The notes under the pieces: model-generated
Told to the model about the DNA's origin: nothing
The model's input: the letters and a program-made list of their open reading frames with translations, nothing else
Database searches by the model: none
Made by a program: the position numbers and the translations under genes
NCBI GenBank assembly: GCA_038206355.1
Contig: JBBRAY010000014.1
Span: 6,852-70,851, forward strand
Length of the DNA: 64,000 nt
From: Bacteroidia bacterium
GTDB lineage: Bacteria; Bacteroidota; Bacteroidia; AKYH767-A; 2013-40CM-41-45
Direction: 5' to 3'
Part shown: positions 9,938-19,191 of the stretch, one piece after another
Numbering within the stretch: the stretch's first letter is position 1
Layout: the number at the start of each line of letters is the position of its first letter

Positions 9938-9974
9938 CACCAAACAATCCGGTACCAACAGCGTTTACTATCCG

Positions 9975-11708
9975 ATGAAAAAAACTTTTCTGCTCGTCCT
10001 CCCCATTGCATTGCTCATGTCCTGTAAAGGCGGACAACAGGCAACAACTTCCAAGCCGGCTACCAAGAGTGCACTGAACGAATCACAGCGCACAGAAGTC
10101 ACCTATCTGTTTTTCAATGCCAACAAGGAAAAGATTCTCGGTAACTTGAATAACGCGGCTGATTTATTTGCTGAAGTCATTCGCAAAGACGGCAGCAACC
10201 ATGCTTCCATGTATGAGCTTGCAAATATTTACGCGCAGCAAAAAAAATACAGCGACGCTTTATTCTTCATCCGCACCGCATATAAACTGGATTCGAAAAA
10301 TGAATGGTATGCACAATCATTTGCCGACATCCTCCAGAAGAATGGAAAGTTTGACGAGTCGGCAACGGTGTATGAACAACTTCTGAAAGAAAAACCTGAC
10401 CGCCTGGAATATTATTTCGAATGGGCATCAGCATTGATCTATGCCAACAAACTGGCGGAGTCAATTAAAGTGCTCGACAAACTGGAAACGAAAGTAGGTG
10501 TGAATAAAGACATTGTGATGCAAAAGCAGCGCCTTTATATGCAGTTGGGTAAAACGGATAAAGCCATTGCAGAAGTTCAGAAACTCATTGATGAAAATCC
10601 AAAGGACGCCCAGGCCTACGGAATGCTTGCAGAGCTTTATCAGAACATGGGACAAAAAGAAAAGGCGCTGGAAATTTATAATAAGGTACTGGAAATAGAT
10701 CCTGAGAATCCATACATCCATCTGTCACTCGCCGATTATTACCGCAGCAATGGTGAAAAGGAAAAATCAGTGGCGGAACTAAAGAAAGCATTCGGAAATA
10801 AAAAACTCGACATTGACACAAAGATCCAGATCCTCGCTTCTTATTATGCACTGGTAGAAGTGCATCCTGAAATGAGGGAGCAGGCGCTTGAAATGAGCAA
10901 GCTGCTTATCGAAGCCAATCCTGAAGATTCAAGGGCGCATGCTGTGTATGGCGATTTTCTTATTCAGGATAAGCAATATGATAAAGCACTTGATGAATAC
11001 CTCACAGCGAAAAAACTGGGCGCTAAAGAATATGCCGTTGCACAGCAACTGATGTTTCTTGAATCACAACTGCAAAGATGGGATTCATTAATTACAGAAA
11101 GCGAAGAAACCATCAGCAATTTTCCTGACCAGCCACTGGGGTATTTTTTCAATGGCCTTGCCAATTCACAAAAGAAAAAATATGCTGATGCTGTGAAATC
11201 ATTAAACAGCGGAGTGAAACTTATCGTTGACAATAAAAACCTCGAAGGACAATTTTATTCCAGTCTGGGTGAAGCATACAACGAGCTGAAGAATTATGAA
11301 AAGAGTGATGAAAGCTATGAAAAGGCGTTGGAGCTAAATGCAAAAGATGCCAATGTGCTGAATAATTATTCCTATTTTTTATCTGTGAGGGGAGAGAAGA
11401 TGGACAAAGCAGAAAAGATGTCGAAGGAATCGAACGACCTTGAACCCGACCAGGGCTCTTATGAAGATACGTATGGATGGATCATGTACAAGCAGGGAAA
11501 ATACAGCGAGGCAAAAATATGGATTGAAAAATCATTATCACATGGCAGCGACAAAAGTGCAACGGTACTCGAACATTACGGAGACATTCTCTTTAAGCTT
11601 GGCGATACAGGCAAAGCATATGAATACTGGCAACGGGCAAAAAATGCCGGTGATGACGGCTCCGAATTCCTTGATAAAAAACTGGAAGGAAAAAAATTGA
11701 TTGAGTAA
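9975..11708 (+). CDS. tetratricopeptide-repeat lipoprotein
   Basis: Signal peptide plus lipobox (LLMSC). Multiple TPR-like 34-aa repeats (AxxYxxLAxxYxxxGxxxKA). Start re-anchored to the ATG at 9975 inside the track ORF 9867..11708. Confidence 0.7.
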   Translation: MKKTFLLVLPIALLMSCKGGQQATTSKPATKSALNESQRTEVTYLFFNANKEKILGNLNNAADLFAEVIRKDGSNHASMYELANIYAQQKKYSDALFFIRTAYKLDSKNEWYAQSFADILQKNGKFDESATVYEQLLKEKPDRLEYYFEWASALIYANKLAESIKVLDKLETKVGVNKDIVMQKQRLYMQLGKTDKAIAEVQKLIDENPKDAQAYGMLAELYQNMGQKEKALEIYNKVLEIDPENPYIHLSLADYYRSNGEKEKSVAELKKAFGNKKLDIDTKIQILASYYALVEVHPEMREQALEMSKLLIEANPEDSRAHAVYGDFLIQDKQYDKALDEYLTAKKLGAKEYAVAQQLMFLESQLQRWDSLITESEETISNFPDQPLGYFFNGLANSQKKKYADAVKSLNSGVKLIVDNKNLEGQFYSSLGEAYNELKNYEKSDESYEKALELNAKDANVLNNYSYFLSVRGEKMDKAEKMSKESNDLEPDQGSYEDTYGWIMYKQGKYSEAKIWIEKSLSHGSDKSATVLEHYGDILFKLGDTGKAYEYWQRAKNAGDDGSEFLDKKLEGKKLIE

Positions 11709-11751
11709 GAGTCAAAGAATTATTTATCTTTGTTTGAAACCCAATATAGTG

Positions 11752-11946
11752 ATGACAACTGTTATTGTAAAAATACCTGAGGGTAAGGAAAGTTTATCAA
11801 AAGAGTTTTTTAAGAAACATCACTTGAAAACCCGTATTTTGAAATCAAAGGAGGACGAAGATCTAATTGCGAAGTGGATTGACGAAGGAATGAAGAGTGG
11901 CGAAGTTTCTGAACGGGAAATATTTGAGACTTTAAAAAATAATTGA
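11752..11946 (+). CDS. small hypothetical protein (~64 aa)
   Basis: ORF only. The track version opens on TTG at 11701 and overlaps the TPR gene end; the ATG at 11752 gives MTTVIVKIPEG.... No recognisable motif. Confidence 0.3.
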   Translation: MTTVIVKIPEGKESLSKEFFKKHHLKTRILKSKEDEDLIAKWIDEGMKSGEVSEREIFETLKNN

Positions 11947-12055
11947 AAAACTTCGCAAAAACGTTATACATATAACCAATTCTGTTTTTCCCGGTTCGGC
12001 CACAGGAATCTTTTTTACTAAAAATTGTTTCCATAAGTTTGGAAAGGAGTTGCGA

Positions 12056-12889
12056 ATGCTTTTTAAAAACTATTTTGTTTCTTTAGTCTTTGCCTGCTGC
12101 TGCTTCCTGTTGCCTCTGTCCTCTTGCCACCCCACAAAAAAAATCGTTGACACCCCACACCCTGTTAAGCTAAAGGGCACCAATGTGATCGAATTATTTG
12201 ATTCACTTCAAGCCCACCGATTCGACTTTGAATGGCTTACAGCAAAAGCCGATGTGGAATACACCGATCAGGAAAACAATTCGCAATCTTTTGACGTCAA
12301 CATCAGGGTCAGAAAAGACAGCGTGATATGGATTTCTGTAACGCCTTTGCTTGGTATTGAGGCCGTGCGCGTTATCATCACACCCGATAGCATGAAAATC
12401 ATGAATCGCCTGAAGAAGACCTATACTGCACGCGGTTTTAATTTTCTGGACGATATGCTGAAAGCGCGCATTAACTTTGAAATTATGCAGGCCGTACTCG
12501 TTGGTAATTATTTTCCTTACCTGAAAAATGAAAAATTGAAATCCGTTTATGAAGATACTACATTCGTAATATTAAGTACGCTGAATAAAAGGCAAACAAA
12601 ACGCATCGCAGAGGAAAAAGATCCCACCAAACCCATCATTCAGGATTTCTGGATTGATGACTATTACCGCATCAATAAATCCCGTATTACAGATGACAAA
12701 CTCAACCGTACGCTGCAGGCAGAATACAATGACTTTCTTGATGTCGACAACAAACGTTTTCCGCATAATTTTTTCGTCACAGTAACCGCAGCCACATCAC
12801 TCAGAATAAAAGTGAAATACACCAAAGTTGTTTCCGGAGAACCGCAGTCGCTGCCTTTTACGGTGCCGGAGAAGTATGAGAAAAAGTAA
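12056..12889 (+). CDS. DUF4292-like outer-membrane lipoprotein
   Basis: Lipoprotein signal (FLLPLSSC). The TPR–this gene–M23 peptidase arrangement is the conserved Bacteroidetes synteny for DUF4292 family proteins. Start set to the ATG at 12056. Confidence 0.55.
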   Translation: MLFKNYFVSLVFACCCFLLPLSSCHPTKKIVDTPHPVKLKGTNVIELFDSLQAHRFDFEWLTAKADVEYTDQENNSQSFDVNIRVRKDSVIWISVTPLLGIEAVRVIITPDSMKIMNRLKKTYTARGFNFLDDMLKARINFEIMQAVLVGNYFPYLKNEKLKSVYEDTTFVILSTLNKRQTKRIAEEKDPTKPIIQDFWIDDYYRINKSRITDDKLNRTLQAEYNDFLDVDNKRFPHNFFVTVTAATSLRIKVKYTKVVSGEPQSLPFTVPEKYEKK

Positions 12890-12987
12890 GGAAAAAGCGG
12901 CACGAAGCAGTTCGCCGGGAGCGAGTCCGGCATTAGGCAAATAGAATAGAGAAAGCACGCAGCATTATTGCGTGGCAACCGACAAAA

Positions 12988-13608
12988 ATGACTATTGACA
13001 AACGACTATTGGCTTTTCTAACAGTCGGTTTCATTCTCGCAACAGTTATGGGTACGCTCACTCACGAATGCGGTCATTACCTTGTAGCGAAATCTTTGGG
13101 ATATGACGCCAAAATTAATTACGCATTTACTCATTGGACAAAATCAAATCCTGACCAGGCAATAAATACTTCTGATAATTTATGGATAACACTTGGCGGA
13201 CCTTTGGAAACAATGCTCACCGGAACTTTCGGGCTAACGCTTCTGTTTCTATTGCGAAAATCATTTCAGCCGACACAGAAACTTTCGTTCGGACAATGGA
13301 GTGTAATTTTTATTTCGCTTTTTTGGCTCAGGCAAACAGCAAATTATATTGTATGGCTTGGTGATTATTTTTTCAGCGGACAATTTTCAAATCGATCTGA
13401 CGAAATCAAACTTGCACGACAACTCCAACTTCCTGATTGGATAATTTCTGCACCAACGGCAACAATTGGAGCAATTGTATTGACAACTATTATTTTCAAA
13501 TTCATTCCAACCAAACAACGACTGACTTTTATTCTGTCTGGACTTATTGGGGGGGTGACAGGCTATATTTTGTGGTTGCGTTTACCTGGACGAATGATAA
13601 TGCCGTGA
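12988..13608 (+). CDS. small polytopic membrane protein with HExxH motif (putative zincin-like membrane metalloprotease, DUF3267-like)
   Basis: HECGH motif within the first hydrophobic segment. At least 4 TM segments. 206 aa. Confidence 0.45.
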   Translation: MTIDKRLLAFLTVGFILATVMGTLTHECGHYLVAKSLGYDAKINYAFTHWTKSNPDQAINTSDNLWITLGGPLETMLTGTFGLTLLFLLRKSFQPTQKLSFGQWSVIFISLFWLRQTANYIVWLGDYFFSGQFSNRSDEIKLARQLQLPDWIISAPTATIGAIVLTTIIFKFIPTKQRLTFILSGLIGGVTGYILWLRLPGRMIMP

Positions 13609-13857
13609 AAAAAGAAAATATCGACAATTGGAAGTATGCGACAGGCATTATACAAGAAGCAAACGGTAGCCTGAACCAAACAGCAAATATCATTTAATTG
13701 TATTCGAAAGGTTACATGTAAATATCAATCTGCCAATAATCTCCATGCATTTATGAAGTTACCGGCGGCCGGTAGCCAGCGGCCAGTTTCCGGTTTTCAA
13801 CTACAACTTTTTTCATTTTCTTTCGTTTATTGCAAGTCCTAAGGGAACTCAGCTATA

Positions 13858-15162
13858 ATGGTATCAACCACTTCAAAAAGACTCATTTTCTCAAAGCTAT
13901 TCGCATTCCGGATTGTGGGGTTGTTCCTGTTTTCCTTTTTTCTATTCCCCTTTTCCACTATCGCTCAATCAAAAAAGGAACTTGAAAAAAAGAAACTGCA
14001 GATTCATAAGGATATTGAATACACCAATAAACTGCTCAGTCAGACAAGGAAAAGCAAGACTGCATCCCTCTCTCAGCTCGTTACCCTGAATAAACAGATC
14101 ACCTACCGGTCGGAACTCATCGGAACCATTCATTCGGAAATAAGCAACGTTGACGGACAGATCAATTATACCAATTCGCAGATTGACTCCATCCTCGGCC
14201 GCATGGATGAATTGAAAAAGCACTATGCCGAGCTTCTCTACTTCGCTTATAAAAATCAGGGCGCATTTTCTAAGCTCTCTTTTATTTTTTCTGCCGACGA
14301 TTTCAACCAGGCATATCAGAGGCTGAAATACCTTCAGCAGTTAAGTACGTACCGCATTCATCAGCGCGACCTCATCAGGCAACTTGCAGATTCATTGTCG
14401 CAGAAAAAAGGATTACTGGCAGGTGTGAAGAAAGACAAGACAACCTTACTTACAACCCAGCAAAAAGAAAAAAATAACCTCAGCAAGGAAAAGAAGGAAC
14501 AGGTGACGATGGTTAACAGTCTGGCGTCAAAAGAAAAAAAGCTGAAGTCCGATTTAAAAGAAAAGCAGCAACTCGAAGCGCGACTTAACAAGCTGATCGA
14601 GAACGCCATCAAAAAAGAAATAGAAGCGGCGCAGGCAGCAGCAAGAAAGCGGGCGCAGTCCACACTTTCTGCCAACGCAAAAACAAATAAGGCGAAGGTC
14701 GAAAGTAAACCTTATGTGTTGTCGGCCACTCCCGAAGCAGTGCGGCTGAGCAATGCTTTCGAAAATAACCGCGGGCGCCTGCCATGGCCGGTGGAGCAGG
14801 GATTCATCAGCAGTTCTTACGGACATCATTCACACCCGGTGTGGAAAGACGTTGTGGTAAACAACTCCGGTATTGATATCAATTCTTCCAAAGGCGCAAA
14901 AGTTCGTTGTGTATTTGAAGGCAAGGTCACCAAGATCATTGTCATCATGAACAAATATGCCGTCATCGTTCAGCATGGCGAGTACTTCACCGTCTATTCC
15001 AACCTGCAGGATGTTTCTGTTAAATCCGGCGACGTCATTGCCACAAAAGAAATCATCGGCACCGTTCAAACCGACGATGAAAACAAATCAGAAGTCCATC
15101 TTGAAATCTGGAAAGGCAGCAATAAGATGGATCCGGAGGAGTGGATAACAGCCAGAAGATAA
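13858..15162 (+). CDS. M23 family peptidoglycan metalloendopeptidase / murein hydrolase activator (EnvC-like)
   Basis: N-terminal signal peptide, long coiled-coil region (Q/K/E-rich), C-terminal LytM/M23 domain (HxxxD...GxxHLHFEI-like: SEVHLEIWKG). Confidence 0.8.
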   Translation: MVSTTSKRLIFSKLFAFRIVGLFLFSFFLFPFSTIAQSKKELEKKKLQIHKDIEYTNKLLSQTRKSKTASLSQLVTLNKQITYRSELIGTIHSEISNVDGQINYTNSQIDSILGRMDELKKHYAELLYFAYKNQGAFSKLSFIFSADDFNQAYQRLKYLQQLSTYRIHQRDLIRQLADSLSQKKGLLAGVKKDKTTLLTTQQKEKNNLSKEKKEQVTMVNSLASKEKKLKSDLKEKQQLEARLNKLIENAIKKEIEAAQAAARKRAQSTLSANAKTNKAKVESKPYVLSATPEAVRLSNAFENNRGRLPWPVEQGFISSSYGHHSHPVWKDVVVNNSGIDINSSKGAKVRCVFEGKVTKIIVIMNKYAVIVQHGEYFTVYSNLQDVSVKSGDVIATKEIIGTVQTDDENKSEVHLEIWKGSNKMDPEEWITARR

Positions 15163-15194
15163 CAGCACCCCCGGCCCCTTAAGGGGAAACAGCC

Positions 15195-15500
15195 GGATCA
15201 GCCGTCATTAGTTGGCGAGGTAAACTTGCCATCGCGAGTAGCAACCTCGCGACATTCGGTCCATAGTCATTGAACCACAAATAAAATTATAGGTAGCAGT
15301 CTGTGCGAATGCCCCCTTAAGAGGTAGGGGTGAGCGAGGGGAAAGGAAATAGCCGTCATTCGTTACTGAGTCAATTCCAATTTGAAACTCCAGACTTTCA
15401 CCTTTTAACTATTAACTTTTGCTTTTTGACTTGAAGAATGGAAGCTCACGTCCCCATTCTCCCTGAAACGCTCTCCCGTCATTCTGCCGGGGCTATTTTA
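15195..15500. repeat. three degenerate ~130-bp direct repeat units in a 700-bp non-coding region
   Basis: Each unit carries a ccccttaa(g)agggg-type palindrome, a gaaa(c/g)..agcc stretch and the motif CCGTCATT(a/c)(g/t)TT, at ~15210, ~15355 and ~15481. Confidence 0.4.
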
Positions 15501-15679
15501 GAGAGGGTGCTGATCCTAAACTAAACTCCCCTCGCAACGCTCAAAACAATTTCATCACGTCAATTTACAATCACCATTTTCACCTCACTGCCGGTCGTAT
15601 CAGATTACCGAACAAAAAAAAATAACCACAGCTTTAAAAATATTTGCGTGAATCCATTAACTGATTCTCAATGCAAGCC

Positions 15680-15830
15680 CTGTATTCATAATCGGTATAT
15701 TCGTATCTGATTCGTACTTCGCATATTCGACGGGGTAAAGGTCAAGCCTTACAATTAGCAATTCGGATATTCGTTCCATACCATTCGCTATTCGAAGGTG
15801 TAAATACTAAATTCGCACACTTTCTCCCTA
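15680..15830. promoter_or_regulatory. phased array of ATTCG pentamers upstream of the methyltransferase gene
   Basis: About ten (T/A)ATTCG motifs spaced ~7–12 bp apart (tattcgtatctgattcgtacttcgcatattcg ... aattcggatattcgttccataccattcgctattcg). Confidence 0.3.
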
Positions 15831-15857
15831 AACATAAAATTATTAAACCATTATTTA

Positions 15858-16685
15858 ATGAAGTGCCTCATCTGTATTTCAGAAGCAACATATTTTTTTT
15901 CCAAGACATATCATGAAGAACCTTTCGCAACATTCATGAAAGACATAGGAGAAGTGCAGTATTACAAATGTGTGAACTGCGGATTTACAATGTCGAAAAC
16001 ACATTATGAATTAAGTCACGACGACTGGGCGCAGCTAAATCATTCTTATCATACCTTCAGTGAACAGGCAAAAGCAAAGAAGCAGTCAAAAGGAAATCCG
16101 CCGCCGTATTTCGAACAGGCATTTTTATTAAAAGTGCTTGCCTGTAACAAAATAATAAACGCTGAGCGCATCCTCGATTTCGCAGGAGGGCATGGAACAT
16201 TAAGTAAAATCATCGATAAATATTTTGGAATGTCAATGCCCATCTACGATCCGTACATGTCGGAGGAAAATGGCAGGACATACATCTCAAAAGATTCACT
16301 GACCACTTATAAAACAGTATTAAACAGCGCCTTGTTCGAACACGTTACAAGCAGAGAAGACCTTGATGAAATAAACCGGCTGGTCGAAAAGGATGGCTGC
16401 ATGATTATCCACTCTGTTGTCGCCGAAAATATACCCGCAGACGAAAACTGGTTTTATCTGAGAATACCTGTTCACTGTACTTTTCATACCAATAAAAGTA
16501 TGGACATCTTAATGCAGCAATGGGGATATTCGTCTTCCATTTATTGTCCTGCCGGCAAATGCTGGATTCTCCTGAAGATAGAACCGGAAAATATTGAATC
16601 CATTATCGCAGGCATTAACCATGAATTCCAGACCGAATACCTGATATATAAAAAAGGGTTTGTTGATTATTGGAAAGGGTTTTGA
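15858..16685 (+). CDS. class I SAM-dependent methyltransferase with N-terminal Cys4 zinc-ribbon
   Basis: CxxC...CxxC at the N-terminus. DFAGGHG glycine-rich SAM-binding motif I. ~275 aa. Confidence 0.6.
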   Translation: MKCLICISEATYFFSKTYHEEPFATFMKDIGEVQYYKCVNCGFTMSKTHYELSHDDWAQLNHSYHTFSEQAKAKKQSKGNPPPYFEQAFLLKVLACNKIINAERILDFAGGHGTLSKIIDKYFGMSMPIYDPYMSEENGRTYISKDSLTTYKTVLNSALFEHVTSREDLDEINRLVEKDGCMIIHSVVAENIPADENWFYLRIPVHCTFHTNKSMDILMQQWGYSSSIYCPAGKCWILLKIEPENIESIIAGINHEFQTEYLIYKKGFVDYWKGF

Positions 16686-16931
16686 TTGTCAATAACCGGC
16701 TTTAAAATATCAAGACTACGAGATAATTAACCCCGACTAATCTTTGGCCACGCTTTTATGGTGCCGGGCATAAAAACTAAATAGTTGATGGGAAGGCTCA
16801 AATCCTCGCTTTATCTTCTTTTTATGTGACCGCTGACCATGTTCACGGCCGGGATTATTTTATTCAGAAAAGCCGGCAGTTATAACAGGGGTTTATCACC
16901 CATTACCTATCTTTACGGCAGAAAATCTTCT

Positions 16932-18854
16932 ATGTCAGATCACCTCCATCACGAATGCGGAATTGCCATGGTTCGGCTACTGAAGCCGCTTTCATTCTAC
17001 CATAAAAAATACGGTACTTCCATGTACGGCCTCAACAAGTTGTACCTGCTCATGGAAAAACAACACAACCGCGGACAGGACGGAGCAGGCGTTGTGAATA
17101 TTAAATTTGACGTAGAGCCGGGCACAAAATATATCAGTCGCTACCGTTCCATTGAAAAGCAGGCCATCGCAGATATTTTCTCGCGCATACACAAAAAGTT
17201 TGAAGAAGTAAAAGAGAAGGACCCGAAATTATTAGAGGACCCTTACTGGCTGAAAAAAAATGTGGCCTTCACCGGCGAATTGTTTCTTGGCCATCTCCGC
17301 TATGGAACATACGGAATCAACAGCATCGAAGCCTGCCACCCTTTTCTCCGGCAGAATAACTGGATGTCGCGGAATCTCGTAGTCGCAGGAAATTTTAATA
17401 TGACTAACGTTGACGAGCTATTCAATGACCTCATCCGCTTGGGACAAAGTCCGAAGGAAAAAGCTGACACCGTTACGGTGATGGAAAACATCGGTCATTT
17501 CCTCGACGAAGAGAATGAAGTCCTCTACCAGAAATTCAAAACGCTTGGAAACAGCAAGCAGGAAATTTCTCCCCTCATCGCAGAGCACCTCGATATTGGA
17601 AATATTTTACGCCGGTCGTCAAAGAACTGGGACGGCGGATATACCATTGCCGGAGTTATCGGACATGGCGATGCTTTTGTATTGCGCGATCCTGCAGGTA
17701 TTCGTCCGGCATATTATTACAAAGACGATGAAGTGCTGCTTGTAACCAGCGAACGCCCTGCCATTCAGACTGCCTTCAACGTACCGCTGGAAAACATTCA
17801 CGAAATAAAACCGGGACACGCACTTATCATCAAGAAGAATGGAAAAATAAAAGAAGAAATGATCAATGAACCGACTCAACGACTGAGTTGTTCTTTTGAA
17901 CGCATTTATTTTTCACGGGGAAGTGATGCTGATATTTATCAGGAAAGAAAAGAACTTGGTAGGTTGCTCTGCCAGAGTATCCTTCAGGCCGTTGACCACG
18001 ATTTACGCAACACCGTTTTTTCATTTATTCCCAATACCGCTGAAGTGGCTTTCTATGGCATGATGCAGGGGATGGAAGATTACCTGAAAGAAGTGAAGAA
18101 GCGGAAGATAAAATTACTCGGAGCAAACGTCACAGATGAAAAGCTGAATGAAATCCTCTCCATCCGTCCGCGCATGGAAAAGATCGCCATCAAAGATGCA
18201 AAGTTGCGCACGTTTATCACCAACGATACCGATCGCAGCGACATGGTGGCGCATGTATATGACATCACTTACGGAACCATCCGCAAAGGCATTGATAATT
18301 TAGTGGTGATTGACGACAGCATTGTGCGTGGCACCACGCTGAAGAATTCCATTATCAAAATGCTGGACCGGCTTTCACCGAAAAAAATTATAGTCGTTTC
18401 TTCTGCGCCGCAAATACGTTACCCTGATTGTTATGGCATTGATATGGCAAGAATCGGCGATCTTGTTGCTTTCAAAGCTGCAATACAATTGCTCGAAGAG
18501 AATAATATGGAGCACATCATTGATGAGGTTTTCGAACGTTGTAAAGAGCAACTGGAACTTAACGTCAATGATCCTGCGAAGAACGGAGAAGGCATGAAAA
18601 ATTTTGTGCGCATGATTTATCAGCCTTTCAGTGCAGAACAGATCTCTGCAAAGATCGCCCAACTGGTAAAGCCGGAAGAATGCAAATCGGAACTGCAGAT
18701 CATTTTTCAGAAGATAGAAGACCTTCACAGTGCATGCCCGAATCATCGCGGCGACTGGTACTTCACCGGAAATTACCCCACACCTGGAGGCAACAAAGTA
18801 GTGAGCCGCGCTTTTGTGAATTATGTACAGGGAATTAATGAGCGGGCTTATTAA
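16932..18854 (+). CDS. purF: amidophosphoribosyltransferase (long Bacteroidetes form, class II glutamine amidotransferase)
   Basis: N-terminal nucleophile CGI(A) after the predicted start. Ntn-GATase motifs (NRGQDGAGV). C-terminal PRTase-type motif VVIDDSIVRGTT. Start set to the in-frame ATG at 16932. Confidence 0.75.
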   Translation: MSDHLHHECGIAMVRLLKPLSFYHKKYGTSMYGLNKLYLLMEKQHNRGQDGAGVVNIKFDVEPGTKYISRYRSIEKQAIADIFSRIHKKFEEVKEKDPKLLEDPYWLKKNVAFTGELFLGHLRYGTYGINSIEACHPFLRQNNWMSRNLVVAGNFNMTNVDELFNDLIRLGQSPKEKADTVTVMENIGHFLDEENEVLYQKFKTLGNSKQEISPLIAEHLDIGNILRRSSKNWDGGYTIAGVIGHGDAFVLRDPAGIRPAYYYKDDEVLLVTSERPAIQTAFNVPLENIHEIKPGHALIIKKNGKIKEEMINEPTQRLSCSFERIYFSRGSDADIYQERKELGRLLCQSILQAVDHDLRNTVFSFIPNTAEVAFYGMMQGMEDYLKEVKKRKIKLLGANVTDEKLNEILSIRPRMEKIAIKDAKLRTFITNDTDRSDMVAHVYDITYGTIRKGIDNLVVIDDSIVRGTTLKNSIIKMLDRLSPKKIIVVSSAPQIRYPDCYGIDMARIGDLVAFKAAIQLLEENNMEHIIDEVFERCKEQLELNVNDPAKNGEGMKNFVRMIYQPFSAEQISAKIAQLVKPEECKSELQIIFQKIEDLHSACPNHRGDWYFTGNYPTPGGNKVVSRAFVNYVQGINERAY

Positions 18855-19191
18855 TTGTTGATAAATAAACACAACTTTTTTTCTGAGGCCGGATGTTTAT
18901 AGGAGACGTTTTTATTAATGAGACCATGATTTCAGAAGCCGTCTCGCCTCAGGCTTTGCTCTGCTGGAGCTTTGCGAAAAAAATGCCGGACGGAAACAAA
19001 AATTCATTTTGATACCTCGTCCTTCCTTAAGCAAGGCGGGGTCATTCATTTCATAAGCTAACGACTACAAGCGGGACATGGAAAGGCACAAGATGATTCA
19101 TTTAAAAAACCGTTTCAAAAACAGATTTTTTTCCGCTTCATTGATTCATTCATTCCTATATCTTTGCCACCCACAAACCTGAGAAACACGC

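Noticed and set aside
11701-11751. TTG-initiated extension of the small ORF overlapping the TPR gene end
   Set aside because: The ATG at 11752 gives a more plausible start. The upstream extension would overlap the TPR gene by 8 nt in another frame, which is possible, but there is no supporting evidence.
13760-13774. GC-rich palindrome taccggcggccggta as a terminator of 12988..13608
   Set aside because: It is not followed directly by a T-run and lies 150 bp past the stop. Weak evidence, so not listed as a feature.
15163-15857. CRISPR array considered for the repeat-containing non-coding region
   Set aside because: The repeats are degenerate, ~130 bp apart and not separated by unique spacers of uniform length. 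No cas genes are nearby.
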